Below, one piece after another: positions 13,501 to 31,379 of a stretch of DNA of 64,000 nt. The notes under the pieces were generated by a model. That model was not told the DNA's origin, did not search any database, and saw only the letters and a list, made by a program, of their open reading frames with translations. This stretch comes from the human T2T-CHM13v2.0 reference genome, Homo sapiens. The stretch spans positions 20,256,001-20,320,000 of the forward strand of contig CP086569.2 in NCBI GenBank assembly GCA_009914755.4, given 5' to 3'. The first letter of the stretch is position 1, and every line of letters begins with the position of its first letter. The translations under genes were made by a program, and so were the position numbers.

Positions 13501-16005
13501 TATCTCTTATGAGCCCACCATCATTATACAAAAATCTGGCAAAGACACACACAAAAAAGAAAAATTCATGCCAATATACATGATGAACATTGATGTGAAA
13601 ATCCTCAATAAAATACTGCAAAGTGAACCCAGCAGCACATCAAAAAGCTTATCCACCATGATCAAGTTGGCTTCATCTCTGGGATGCAAGACTTGTTCAG
13701 CATACACAAATCATTAAATGTAAGCCATCGCATAAACAGAATCAATGACAAAAACCACATGATTATCCAATAGATGCAGAAAGGCTTTCAGTAAAATTCA
13801 ACATTGCTTCATGGTAAAACTCTCAATAAACTAGGTATTGATGGAACATATCTCAAAATAATAAGAGCTTTTTATGTCACATCCATAGACAATATCATAC
13901 TGAATAGACAAAAGCTGGTAGCATTCCCTTTGAAAGCGGGCACAAGACAACGATGCCTTCTCACACCACTCCTATTCAACATAGTGTTGGAAATTCTGTC
14001 CAGGGCAATCAGACAAGAGAAAGAAATAAAGGTATTCAAATAGAGAAGAAGTCAAATTGTCTCTGTTTGCAGATGACATAATTGCATATTTAGAAAACTC
14101 CATCATCTCAGCCCCAAAACCCTTTAAGCTCATAAGAAACTTCAGCAAATTCTCAGGATACAAAATCAATGTGCAAAAATCACAGTCATTCCTATACACC
14201 AGTAATAGACAAGCTGAGAGCCAAATCATGAGTGAATGCCAATTCAGAATTGCTACACAGAGAACAAAATACCTAGGAATAAAACTTACAGGGGATGTAA
14301 AGGACCTCTTCAAGAAGAACTATAAACCACTGTTTAAGGAAGTAAGAGAGGACCCAAACAAATCGAAAAACATTCCATGATCATGGATAGGAAGAATCAA
14401 TATTGTGAAAATGTCCATAGTGCCCAAAGTAATTTATAGATTCAATGCTATTCTTATCAAGCTACCATTGACTTTCTTCAAAGATTTAGATAAAAATAAT
14501 TTAAATTTCATGTGGAACCAAAAAAAAGAGCTCATATAGTCAAGATAATCCTAAGCAAATGAACAAAGCTGGAGTCATCATTCTACTTAACTTCAAACTA
14601 CACTACAAGGCTACAGTATCTAAAACAGCATGGTGCTGGCACCAAAACAGATATACAGACCAATGGAACAGAACAGAGGCCAGAAATACCACCACACATC
14701 TACAACCATCTGATATTTAACAAACCTGACAAAAACATTCAATGGGGAAGTATTCATTATTTAATAAATGTTGCTGCAAAACTATGTGGAGAAAACAGAA
14801 ACTGGGCAGTTCCTTACACCTCATATAAAAATTAACTCTAGATGCATTAAGGATTTAAATGTAAAACCTAAAACTATAAAAACGCTAGAAGAAAACCTAG
14901 GCAATGCCATTCAGGACATAGGCATGAGCAAAGACTCATGATGAAAACACCAAAAGCAATGGCAACAAAAGCCAAAATTGACAAATCATATCAAATCAAA
15001 CTCAAGAGCTTCTACACAACAAAATAAACTAGCATCGGAGTGAACAGGCAACCTACAGAATAGGAGAAAAATTTTGCAATCTATCTATCTGACAAAGGTC
15101 TAATATCTAGACTCCACAAGGAACTTAAACAAATTTATAAGAAAAAAACAACCTCATCAAAAAGTGGGAAAAGGATATAAATGGACACTTCTCAAAAGAA
15201 GACTTCATGTGACCAACAAACATATGAAAAAAAGCTCATCATCACTCATCATTAGAGAAATGCAAATCAAAATCACAATGTGATGCCATCTCACTCCAAT
15301 TAGAATGGCAATTATTAAAAAGGAAGCAACAGATCCTGGAGAAGCTGTGGAAGAATAGTAATGCTTTTACACTGTTGGTGGGTGTATAAATTAGTTCAAC
15401 CATTGTGGAAGAGTGTGTGGTGATTCCTCAAGGATCTAGAATCAGAAATACAATGTGGCCCAGCTATCCCATTACTGAGCACACATCAAAGTGTTATAAA
15501 TCATTCTACCCTTAAGACACATGCACATGTATGATTATTGCAGCACTACTTACAATAGCAAAGACTTGGAACCTACCCAAATGCCCATCAATAATAGATT
15601 GGATAAAGAAAATGTGGCACATATACACCATGGAATACTATGCAGCCATCAGAAATTAGTTCATGTTTTTGCAGGGACATGGATGAAGCTGGGAGCCATC
15701 ATTCGCAGCCAACTAACACAGGAACATAAAACCAAACACCGCCTGTTCTCACTCATAAGTGGGAGTTGAACAATTAGAACAAATGGACATAGGGAGGGGA
15801 ACATCACACACCAAGGCCTTTTGGGGCCATGGGGGAAAGTGGAGGGAGAGCATTAGAAAACACATAGGGCATGTGGGGCGTAAAACAGAGATGACAGTTT
15901 GATAAGTGCAGCAAACCACCATGGCACATGTATACCTATGTAACAAACGTTCATGTTCTGCACATGTATCCCAGAACTTAAAGTAAAATAAAAAAATAGA
16001 AAAAT
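10560..16005 (+). mobile_element. Near full-length LINE-1 of an older L1PA-class subfamily (roughly L1PA7-L1PA15). 5'UTR, ORF1, ORF2 and 3'UTR are all present but heavily disrupted.
   Basis: The 5' end 'ccaagatgagcgaataggaacagttctggtgtgcagttcccagc' matches the L1PA 5'UTR start. The ORF1 remnant (11545-12150) carries 'lqkiwnyvkrpnlkltgvpe...'. The ORF2 remnants (12225-15760) read 'rhrlanwiksqdp', 'ytfFSvPH..YSKIdHI', '[11 protein letters not shown]', '[15 protein letters not shown].SAp' and '[14 protein letters not shown]'-type blocks. The 3'UTR ends in an A-rich tail at 15985-16005. There are many stops and frameshifts. Confidence 0.85.
10807..11247 (-). other. Antisense ORF inside the L1 5'UTR (ORF0-region homolog). 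Probably not a functional gene.
   Basis: A 146-aa ORF lies antisense within the 5'UTR of the plus-strand L1. It shares the motif 'SDCCA....SVGVGP[ST]EPD' with the antisense 5'UTR ORF of the young L1 at 29402-29638. Primate L1 5'UTRs are known to carry an antisense ORF0. Confidence 0.3.
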
Positions 16006-16189
16006 ATCCATCATGTACTCTATTCATTACCCTGGTTACAAAATAATTTGTACACAAACCACTGTGACACACAATTTAAACATGTAACAAGTCTGAACAT
16101 GTACCCTCTGAACTGAACATAATAATTGAAAATTAAGAAAGACAAAAATAAGACAATTTTGTGAATATGTAAAAAAAAAAAAGAGAATT

Positions 16190-17135
16190 CTTTTTCATTG
16201 TTGGTGGGAATGTAAATTAGTACAGTCACTATAAAAAATTGTGAAGAACAAATATTTTTCACAGAATCATACATACAGCTTCTACTAAATTCTGCCATTT
16301 TTGGGGGGGTATTAATTTAAATGAAAAAAAATAAATATATAAAAAATATATATTCCAATCCTATACTTATCCCAGCCCTGCTTACATCAGCAGAAACATG
16401 GACTCTACATGTATCCACAAATACATGATGAAGAAAGTATAATATATACATATATATATACAAAAAAATTACTTATTCACTAAAAAAATAAAAAATGTTT
16501 TGCAACAAGAATAATGAAACTGAAGGTTCTTATTTTAAGTAAAACAAGTCTGGCATAGAAAGTTAAATATTGCATGTTCTCACTCATAAGTAGGTGCTGA
16601 AAGCATGTACTCATGGTTATAGACAGTAGAGAGTGGATATAGACAAGGAGGCTGTGAATGGGATGGATTGGAAGAAGCATGGCTGATCAATTAATGGATA
16701 ATGGATACAAAGTATGTTTTTCAAGTAATCAGTACCATAAAGTTCTTACTTGAACATCATGCAATCAAAGCCTCTAACTAACTTATATCCCATAAATTTA
16801 TGACAGATAGAATTAAAAAGTAAAACAATTGTTTAAAGGCTTAAACACAAATTTCTTCAAAAGAGATATACAAATGTTCAAAAAGCACATAAAAAGAAAT
16901 TCAACAATGGTAATTATTAGAATGAGAACACATGGACACAGGAAGGGGAACATCACACACGGTGGCCTGTTGTGGGGTAGGGGGAGGGATGAGGGATAGC
17001 TTTTGGAGATATACCTAATGTCAAACGGTGAGTTACTGGGTACAGCACACCAACATGGCACATGTATACATATGTAACTAACCTGCACCTTGTGCACATG
17101 TACCCTAAAACTTAAAGCATAATAAAAAAAAGAAA
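16190..17135 (+). mobile_element. Cluster of L1 3'-end fragments: L1M-class (16190-16800) and L1PA/PB-class 3'UTR (16905-17135) with an A-tail
   Basis: The L1M part reads 'cattgttggtgggaatgtaaattagtacagtcactat', 'gcatgttctcactcataagtaggtgctgaa' and 'ggatggattggaagaagcatgg'. The L1PA/PB part reads 'ggacacaggaaggggaacatcacacacggtggcctgttgtggggtagggggagggatgagggatagc...acatgtaccctaaaacttaaagcataataaaaaaaag'. Confidence 0.65.
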
Positions 17136-17382
17136 TTGCAAATTAAAACCATAGTGAGATATCACCTCACACACATTAGTATAGCCAATATTAAAAAAAA
17201 AAGAAGAAGACATGTTAGTAAACTTGTGAACAAAGGAGAAAGTAAAATGGTACAGACATTGTATTAAACAGTATAGTAGTTCCTCAAAAATTAAAATGTA
17301 CTGAACTGAGTGCACTGCTTTATGACTGTTACTCCATTTACATGAGAGGCTGAAGCAAAAGAATCACTTGAATCACTTTAAC

Positions 17383-17580
17383 TTAAATTTTTAAGAGACT
17401 AACAAACCCATCAAAAGGGGTCAAAGGAAAGGAACAGATACTTCTCAAAAGAAGACATTTATACAGCAAAAAGACACAAAAAAGAACTTCAACATCATTG
17501 ATCATTAGAGAAATACAAATCAAAACTACAATGAAATACCATCTCATGCCAGTCAGAATGGCAATTATTAAATATATTGG
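17383..17580 (+). mobile_element. L1 ORF2 C-terminal fragment, sense
   Basis: 'ttctcaaaagaagacatttatacagcaaaaagacacaaaaaagaacttcaacatcattgatcattagagaaatacaaatcaaaactacaatgaaataccatctcatgccagtcagaatggcaattattaaa'. Confidence 0.7.
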
Positions 17581-17639
17581 TAAAGTCTGTAATTTTAGTG
17601 TACCCAAATAGCATACACTGTGCCCAATAACCAGTGTTT

Positions 17640-19682
<2,043 letters not shown>

Positions 19683-21189
19683 AGAAAACATTTATAAAAA
19701 GGATTGCATTCATGATCTATTTCTCAGCTTGGTTATGCCATTCTGGATGGGGTAAATTGATGTAACATAGTTTTAATTTGCATTTATCTGATGACTAGTG
19801 GTCATGAGCATTCTTCATTTGTGGTGAGCATTCATATATTTTGATATTTAGCAGTGCTACTAATTTGGGTAAATTAATTTTGTAACCTAAAACTTTACTA
19901 AATTTATTAATCACATCTAGAAATCTTGAAGGATACCTGAGGGTTTCTAGATAAAAGATTATATCATCAAAAAACAGAGATAGTTTGACTGTTTTTAAAT
20001 TTGGTGACCTTTATTACTTTTTTCTTGCCTGATTGGTCTGAGTAAGACTTCTAGTCCAGTTTTAATAGAAGTGGTGAAAGAAGTATCCTTTTCTTTTTTC
20101 AGTTTTTAGAAAAAATGTTTCAATATTTCCCCATTTACTATGAAATTGATTGTAGTTTTTATTACATACACTTTTTCTTATTTTGAGATTTTTTTCTAAG
20201 TCTAGTTTGCTGACAGTTATAATTGTTAGGCAATCCTGGATTTTATTGAAAGCTTTTTCTGCACCTATTAAGATGATCATATGTTTCTGTTTTTAATATT
20301 ATTTATGTGATGAATCACATTTACTGACTTGTGTTTTTATAGTTCTGCATCCCTGGAATAAAACCAACCTGATCATGGTAAATGGTCTTTTTGATATTAT
20401 GTTAGATTTGGTTTGCTAATATTTTAATAGGAATGTTTGAATCTTATTTCCATCTGAGATATTGGTCTGTAGTTTTGTATTTATATTATGTTTTTATTCT
20501 GGTGTTGTTTTCAAATGATTCTGACTTACGGAATGACCAATGTAGGATTCCCTCATTCTCAGTAATTTGGAATAGTTTCAGTAAAATTGATATGAGTTCC
20601 TGGCATGTCTACTAGAATTTAGCTGTGAATTTATCTGGTCCTTGGGAGATTCTTCATCTCACTGATTATTACTAGTCTGCTCATGATATCCATCTAGTTC
20701 TGATTAAATTAAGAGGGTTGTATGTGTCCAGAAATTTTTCAGATTCCTTTACCATTTCTAGTGTGTTTGCATATAGGCTGTGTTATAGTATCCTCTAACA
20801 ATCTTATAAACTTCTGGGGAGTCAGTTTTCATTTGTTCATTTTTAATTCTAATTGATCTTCTTCGAACCTCCTCTCTTCTTTTTTAATCTCTAGATAATG
20901 TTCTATTATTATGTTTATCTTTTTAATAAATTTGCTACTTTAATTGTTGTTGTTTCAATTTTATTCTGCTCTAAATATTCTTCTTTTTTCTTCTACTTAT
21001 TTTGGGTTTGGTTTGTTCTTGTTTCCCTTATTCTGTGAGGTGTGATGTTGGATTGTTAATTTGTGCTGTTTCTGACCTTTTGATGTAAGTGCTTAATGCT
21101 ATAGACATTTTTAATGCTGCTTTTCTGTATTCTAGATGTTTTGATAACTTGTTCAACTGACATCAGTAATTTCAGTTTAGAAATTTATT

Positions 21190-21700
21190 TTATTTTATGG
21201 TTCTTTTGGCTTTTATTTTAAGTTCAGGGGTACAAGTACAGATTTGTTACATAGGTAAATGAGTGTGATGGGGTTTATTCTGCAGATAAGTTTTTCACCC
21301 AGGTATTAATCCTAGTACCCCAGTGTTGTTCTCCTCTGTGTGTCTATGCCTTCTCATCATTTAGCTAGTACATACAAATGAGAATATGTAGAATTTAGTT
21401 TTCTGCTCTTGCATTAGTTGGCAAGGAATAATTGTGTCAGCTGCACTCATGTTTCTGCAAAGGACATGATCTCATTCTTTATTATGGCTGCATAATATTT
21501 CATGGCATGTATGTACCATATTTTCTTTATCCAGTATATCACTGCTAAACAAAAAAAAATAATTCAGGAGCAAATTTATTTTCACACATTTGCATAATTT
21601 TGAGAATTTATTTTCATTTTTTATTACACTTTAAGTTTTAGGGTATATGTGCACAATGTGCAGGTTTACTATACATGTATACATGTTCTAAATTTGATAT
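21190..21700 (-). mobile_element. Nested younger L1PA/PB-class 3'-end fragments, antisense
   Basis: 'ttttaagttcaggggtacaagtacagatttgttacataggtaaatgagtgtgatggggttt...cccaggtattaatcctagtacccc...ctttattatggctgcataatatttcatggcatgtatgtaccatattttctttatccagtat' is one fragment. A second terminal fragment is 'actttaagttttagggtatatgtgcacaatgtgcaggtttactatacatgtatacatgt'. Confidence 0.6.
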
Positions 21701-22194
21701 GCTGTGGTCAAAGTAAATTCTATATAAAATTTTGATGTTTTTAGTTTATTGAGACTTATTTTGTGACCTATTATGTGGTCTATCTTGGAGAAGACATTAT
21801 CATATGCAGATAAAAATGCATATTTTTGAAGATTTTTGTTAAAATCTACTGTAAACATCTGTTATGTTTGTTTGTTCGAAAGGTAATTTAAGTTCAGTGT
21901 TTCTTTGCTGACTTTCTCTCTCAGTGATCTGTCTAGGAATTTCAGTCAAATGTTAAAGTTTTCCACTATTATTGTGTTGCTCTGTCTGTTTTTTATTAGA
22001 TCTAATGGTAATAAGTCTGGGACGTCCAGAGTAGAGTACACATATACTTAGTGTTGTTGTATTTTCTTGTTCAACTGATCATTTTATAATGTTATTTATT
22101 TTTTATTATCGTTGCTTTAAAATCTGTTTTATCTGATATGAGAATAGCTATTCTCGCCCACTTTTTGTTTTCCTTTTTATAAAATGCTGTTTTT

Positions 22195-22502
22195 GGCCAG
22201 GCTTGGTGATTGAGCACCTGTAATCCCAGCACTTTAGGGGGCTGAGGCAGGTGAATCATGAGGTCAGGAGATCGAGACCATTCTAGCTAACACAGTGAAG
22301 CCCCATTTCTACAAAAAAAAATACAAAAAATTAGATGGGCATGGTAGCACATACCTGTAGTCTCAGCTACTCAGGAGGCTGAGGCAAGAGAATTGCTTGA
22401 ACCCAGGAAGCAGAGGATGTAGTGTGCCAGAGGTTGTAGAGAGCCAAGACTGCATCACTGCACTTGGTGACAGAGTAAGACTCCATCTCTAAAAAACAAA
22501 AC
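22195..22502 (+). mobile_element. Alu (S/Y-class), sense, with a 13-bp TSD 'aaaatgctgtttt'
   Basis: 'ggccaggcttggtgattgagcacctgtaatcccagcactttagggggctgaggcaggtgaatcatgaggtcaggagatcgagaccattctagctaacacagtgaagcccc...' carries a CA-rich A tail. The direct repeat sits at 22181-22193 and 22503-22515. Confidence 0.85.
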
Positions 22503-23039
22503 AAAATGCTGTTTTCTACTTCTGAACCTTGAGTCTATAATGGTCTTCATACATTAAATGGGTCTCTTGAAGGTAGATATATGGTTTGTGAATTGTAAAA
22601 TTTATGCAATCAACATATATCCTTAAGTGAGTTATTTAGATTATTTACATGTAATCCTAATATTGAAATATCAAGTACTGCTGAAGTCATTGTGTCAGTT
22701 TTTAGGGATTACTTATGTTACTGTTTATATACCCTTTGCATATTATGCCCTCAAAACTTTTTATTACAGTATGTAGCAATCATTTTCCTCAAAATTTAGA
22801 ACTTCTTTTAGCATTTGTTATAGAACTGATTTAGTGGTGACAAATTTTGTCTTGAAAACACTATTTATTCTTTATTTATAGAAATTATGTCTCCAATCTT
22901 TCAAAACAAAACAAAACAAAAATTTTGGCTGACAGTTATTACCTTTAAAGGAACTAAGGACTTTAAGTTCTCAAAAAAAAGGAGTAAAATTTTCCATAAA
23001 ATTGTCTCTAAAATTTCAGACATCTAGTTTTTCTTTTGA

Positions 23040-23820
23040 TCTTGCAGTTTATTTATTTCTTTGTTTATTTTTTGAAACTTTATTTTAGGTTTACAGGGTA
23101 AATGTGAAGGTTCATACTTCAGTAAATTGCATGTTGTGGAGATTTGGTGTGCAAATGAATTCACTGCCCAAATTGTGAACATAGTATTTCACTCATAGTT
23201 TTTCTACTTATACCCACTTTCCACCTTCCTTTTTTAAGTAACTCTTGGTGTCTATTGTTTTTTTCTTTAAGACCACTTGTATTCAGTATTTAGTAAAAAC
23301 TTATAAGTGAGAAAATATGATATTTAATTTTTCATCCTGCATTAATTCACTTAAAGTAATGTCCTCTAGCTGCGTCCATGTTGCTGCAAGAAATATAATT
23401 TTTTCCATGAATCAAATATTATAAAACAGCTTTTTAAACTTTTATTTTAAATTTAGCGGTACTACAATTTTTCCATCCATTTGTCTGCTAATAAATACTT
23501 GGGTTGCTTCCAAATCTTGGGTATTGTAAACAGTGGTGCAGCAAACATGAGTGCAGGTATTTCTTTGATATATTGATTTCCTTTCAGAAACATTTAATCA
23601 AAAGTAAAATTGCTGAATAATATGGTCCCTTTATTTTTAGATGCTTTGAAAAATTTAAAACTGTTCTTTGTAATTATTGTACTAATTAGCAATGAGAGTT
23701 CTCTTTCACACTACCTTCTAGTTAGCATTTTTTATTGCCTGTATTTTGGATAAAAGCTATTTTAACTGAGGTGAGATGAGATCTCATTGTAGTTTTAATA
23801 TGCAATTCTCTGATTATCAA
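23040..23820 (-). mobile_element. L1PB/L1MA-class 3' portion, antisense. It is the host of the young L1 and continues at 29862.
   Basis: The RC 3'UTR ('tttattttaggtttacagggtaaatgtgaaggttcatacttcag...cttataagtgagaaaatatga') and the ORF2 tail run up to 'gcaattctctgattatcaa', where the young L1 is inserted. Confidence 0.55.
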
Positions 23821-24432
23821 TTTTTTTTATATATATACGTTTAAGTTTTAGGGTACATGTGCACATTGTGCAGGTTCGTTACATATGTATACATGTGCCA
23901 TGCTGGTGCGCTGCACCCATTAACTCATCATCTAGCATTAGGTATATCTCCCGATGCTATCCCTCCCCCCTCCCCCCACCCCACAACAGTCCCCAGAGTG
24001 TGATATTCCCCTTCCTGTGTCCATGTGATCTCATTGTTCACTTCCCACCTATGAGTGAGAATATGTGGTGTTTGGTTTTTGTTCTTGAGATAGTTTACTG
24101 AGAATGATGATTTCCAATTTCATCCATGTCCCTACAAAGGACATGAACTCATCATTTTTTATGGCTGCATAGTATTCCATGGTGTATATGTGCCACATTT
24201 TCTTAATCCAGTCTATCATTGTTGGACATTTGGGTTGGTTCCAAGTCTTTACTATTGTGAATAATGCCGCAATAAACATACGGGTGCACATGTCTTTATA
24301 GCAGCATGATTTATAGTCCTTTGGGTATATACCCAGTAATGGGATGGCTGGGTCAAATGGTATTTCCAGTTCTAGATCCCTGAGGAATCGCCACACTGAC
24401 TTCCACAATGGTTGAACTAGTTTACAGTCCTA

Positions 24433-24792
<360 letters not shown>

Positions 24793-24795
24793 TTA

Positions 24796-25311
<516 letters not shown>

Positions 25312-25314
25312 TTA

Positions 25315-26889
<1,575 letters not shown>

Positions 26890-26892
26890 TTA

Positions 26893-27865
<973 letters not shown>

Positions 27866-27928
27866 TATGATGTTAGCTGGTTATTTTGCTCATTAGTTGA
27901 TGCAGTTTCTTCCTAGTCTCGATGGTCT

Positions 27929-28588
27929 TTACATTTTGGCATGATTTTGCAGTGGCTGGTACCAGTTGTTCCTTTCCATGTTTAGCGCTTCCTTCAGGAG
28001 CTCTTGTAAGGCAGGCCTGGTGTTGACAAAATCTCTCAGCATTTGCTTGTCTGTAAAGTATTTTATTTCTCCTTCACTTATGAAGCTTAGTTTGGCTGGA
28101 TATGAAATTCTGGGTTGAAAATTCTTTTCTTTAAGAGTGTTGAATATTGGCCCCCACTCTCTTCTGGCTTGTAGGGTTTCTGCCGAGAGATCCACTGTTA
28201 GTCTCATGGGCTTCCCTTTGAGGGTAACCCGACCTTTCTCTCTGGCTGCCCTTAATATTTTTGCCTTCATTTCAACTTTGGTGAATCTGACAATTATGTG
28301 TCTTGGAGTTGCTCTTCTCGAGGAGTATCTTTGTGGCGTTCTCTGTATTTCCTGAATCTGAACGTTGGCCTGCCTTGCTAGATTGGGGAAGTTCTCCTGG
28401 ATAATATCCTGTAGCGTGTTTTCCAACTTGGTTCCATTCTCTCCATCACTTTCAGGTGCACCAATCAGACGTAGATTTGGTCTTTTCACATAGTCCCATA
28501 TTTCTTGGAGGCTTTGCTCATTTCTTTTTATTCTTTTTTCTATAGACTTCCTTTCTCGCTTCATTTCATTCATTTCATCTTCCATCAC
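27929..28588 (-). pseudogene. L1 ORF1 remnant (C-terminal 219 codons). The N-terminal part is cut off by a CGA to TGA nonsense change.
   Basis: The ORF 'MMEDEMNEMKRERKSIEKRIKRNEQSLQEIWDYVKRPNLRLIGAPESD...RPALQELLKEALNMERNNWYQPLQNHAKM' is ORF1p from its internal Met to the natural stop. Upstream, the RC reads 'ctcaggagcTGAtgcgatcaactggaa', where the consensus has cga (Arg). Confidence 0.85.
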
Positions 28589-28949
28589 TGATACCCTTTC
28601 TTCCAGTTGATCGCATCAGCTCCTGAGGCTTCTGCATTCTTCACGTAGTTCTCGAGCCTTGGTTTTCAGCTCCATCAGCTCCTTTAAACACTTCTCTGTA
28701 TTTGTTATTCTAGTTATACATTCTTCTAAATTTTTTTCAAAGTTTTCAACTTCTTTGCCTTTGTTTTGAATGTCCTCCCATAGCTCAGAATAATTTGATC
28801 ATCTGAAGCCTTCTTCTCTCAGCTCATCAAAGTCATTCTCCATCCAGCTTTGTTCTGTTGCTGGTGAGGAACTGCGTTCCTTTGGAGGAGGAGAGGCACT
28901 CTGCTTTTTAGAGTTTCCAGTTTTTCTGTTCTGTTTTTTCCCCATCTTT

Positions 28950-29857
28950 GTGGTTTTTATCTACTTTTGGTCTTTGATGATGGTGATGTACAGATGGGTT
29001 TTTGGTGTGGATGTCCTTTCTGTTTGTTAGTTTTCCTTCTAACAGAGAAGACCCTCAGCTGCAGGTCTGTTGGAGTACCCTGCCGTGTGAGGTGTCAGTG
29101 TGCCCCTGCTGGGGGGTGCCTCCCAGTTAGGCTACTTGGGGGTCAGGGGCCAGGGACCCACTTGAGGAGGCAGTCTGCCCATTCTCAGATCTCCAGCTGC
29201 GTGCTGGGAGAACCACTGCTGTCTTCAAAGCTGTCAGACAGGGATATTTAAGTCTGCAGAGGTTACTGCTGTCTTTTTGTTTGTCTGTGTCCTGCCCCCA
29301 GAGGTGGAGCCTACAAAGGCAGGCAGGCCTCCTTGAGCTGTTGTGGGCTCCACCCAGTTGGAGCTTCCCGGCTGCTTTGTTTACCTAATCAAGCCTGGGC
29401 AATGGCGGTCGCCCCTCCCCCAGCCTCGCTGCCGCCTTGCAGTTTGATCTCAGACTGCTGTGCTAGCAATCAGCGAGACTCCGTGGGCGTAGGACCCTCC
29501 GAGCCAGATGTGGGATATAATCTCGCGATGCGCCGTTTTTTAAGCCTGTCAGAAAAGCGCCATATTCGGGTGAGAGTGACCCAATTTTCCAGGTGCCATC
29601 CATCACCCCTTTCTTTGACTCAGAAGGGAACTCCCTGACCCCTTGTGCTTCCCAAGTGAGGCAATGCCTTGCCCTGCTTTGGCTCGTGCACGGTGCGCGC
29701 ACCCACTTACCTGCGCCCACTGTCTGGCACTCCCTAGTGAGATGAACCTGGTACCTCAGATGGAAATGCAGAAATCACCCGTCTTCTTCGTCGCTCACGC
29801 TGGGAGCTGTAGACCGGAGCTGTTCCTATTTGGCCATCTTGGCTCCCCCCGCCCCCA
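28950..29857 (-). promoter_or_regulatory. L1 5'UTR (internal sense promoter and antisense promoter region), CpG-rich
   Basis: The RC of the L1PA 5'UTR retains many CpGs ('cgcgatgcgccg', 'gctcgtgcacggtgcgcgcacc', 'cttcgtcgctcacgctggg'). Confidence 0.6.
29402..29638 (+). other. ORF0-like antisense ORF in the L1 5'UTR (78 codons from the internal Met; 101 codons from the upstream Met at 29333)
   Basis: The position corresponds to element nt ~220-456 on the antisense strand, where primate L1 ORF0 has been described. The peptide '...MAVAPPPASLPPCSLISDCCASNQRDSVGVGPSEPDVGYNLAM...' shares the 'SDCCA...SVGVGP.EPD' motif with the equivalent antisense ORF of the older L1 at 10807-11247. Confidence 0.4.
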
Positions 29858-29861
29858 TGAT

Positions 29862-30700
29862 CAATGTTGATTACCTTTTTCTATTCATATTTGTCTTTTT
29901 TATATCTTCTTTTGAAAAGCATTTATTCATGCATTTTTGCTAATTTTTCAATTGAATTATCATATTTCTAGCAGTTGTTTGAGCTTCTTATGTATTGTGT
30001 TTATTAATCTCTTAGATGAGTAGTTCACAAATGTTTTCTCCCATTCTGTGTATTGTCTCTTCACTTTGCTTTTTTTGTTGTTGTTTTTTTTTTTAGTGCA
30101 GGAGGTTTTAAAATTGGTGATCCCACATACACATTTAAGCTTTGGTTATTAGTGCTTGTATAATATTACTTTAAAACTATTTTTGCCTAGCTCATTGGCC
30201 TGAATCATGCTCCCAATTTTTGGAGTTGATTTATAATTTAAGGTCTTATATTTAAGTCTTTCATCTTTTTTGATTTATCACATATAATAAGAGGTAAGGA
30301 CCTGGATTCATTTTTCTCCATATTTATATCTATTTTTACAACAGTTTTTGAAAAGACTGACATTTTTCTTACATTCATTTTGCAATTTTGCCAAAAATAA
30401 ATTTACTGTAGGTGTATGAATTTGCTTTGGAGTTCCTCTATTCTGTTGCCTTGCCCTGTGTGTTTATTTGTATGTCAATACCATCCTGTTTGGTTACTAC
30501 ACTTCATAATATAATTTAAAGTCAAATCATGTGATTCCTCCTGTTGTGTTCTTTTTGCTCAGAATAGTTTTGGCTATTCTGAGACTTTCATGATGCCATA
30601 TGTTTTAGAATAGTTTTTTATAATTATATAAATAAAGTTATTGTTATTTTTTATAGTGACTGCATTAAATCTGTGATTATCTTAGGCCCATAAATCACTA
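29862..30700 (-). mobile_element. Continuation of the host L1PB/L1MA-class element (antisense ORF2) after the young-L1 insertion
   Basis: 'gatcaatgttgattacctttttctattcatatttgtc...ttcacaaatgttttctcccattctgtgtattgtctcttcactttgc' and 'agaatagttttggctattctgag' are the RC of the L1 ORF2 C-terminal coding sequence. Confidence 0.55.
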
Positions 30701-31100
30701 AGCTAAAAAGAAAAGTCTAACTGGGATCTGCTTAAGGCAATCCTGCCTCCCATTGTATTCAAAGTCACCACTTTGCACACTGAGATAAATGCATATCTTA
30801 TTGCCTCTTTTGAAGAGGCTAATAAGACAGCAACAGTTTGTCTCTTATCTACTGATGATCTAGAAGCCCCCTCCCTGCTACAAGTTGTCTCTCTTTTCCA
30901 GACCAAAGCAACGTTCATGTTAGGTATTTTGATTGTTGTCTCATGTCTCCCTAAAATGTATAAAACCAAACTTTGACCACTTTGGGCACATGTGGTCAGG
31001 ACAGGCTGAGGTTGTGTAATGGTCAAGAGTCCTCAACCTTGGCAAAATTGACCTCCTAAGTTAAATAAGACCTGTCTCAGATTTTCACAATCCTTACATT
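30700..31100. mobile_element. Possible solo LTR, family unknown, inserted in the old L1
   Basis: A ~400-bp non-L1 block interrupts the antisense L1. It contains a TATA-like 'gtataaaaccaaact' and an 'aaataag' signal and is bounded by L1 sequence on both sides. There is no confident family match. Confidence 0.25.
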
Positions 31101-31379
31101 GACTTTGGTAGTAAGGATGTTTTACAATTTTACTGCTTTCAATAAGTGAGCATAGAATAACCTTTATTAGAGGATGTCCACTTCAATTTTTTCATCAGTG
31201 TTTTAAAGATTTTATTACAGAGATCATTCAGTTTTAGTTATTTTCTGTGTATTTTATTTGTGCTATTGTAAGTGGATTTACTTTTCTGTTGCTTTTTCAG
31301 GTTGCTTTTACATAAAATGCTACTGGTTTTTGTATGTTCATTTATTTCTTGACTGACTTACTCTTACTTTAAGCTTTGA

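Larger units (their letters stand above)
19700..23040 (-). mobile_element. Ancient L1 (L1M/L1PB-class), antisense (copy B), ORF2 region about 3.3 kb, carrying nested insertions
   Basis: It re-starts at the same ORF2 3' block as copy A ('ccattctggatggggtaaattgatgtaacatagttttaatttgcatttatctgatga'). It runs through RC RT and endonuclease-proximal sequence ('ctgcatccctggaataaaaccaacctgatcatggta', 'ttgttttcaaatgattctgacttac', 'gatctgtctaggaatttcagtcaaatgttaaagttttccactattattgtgt'). Confidence 0.6.
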
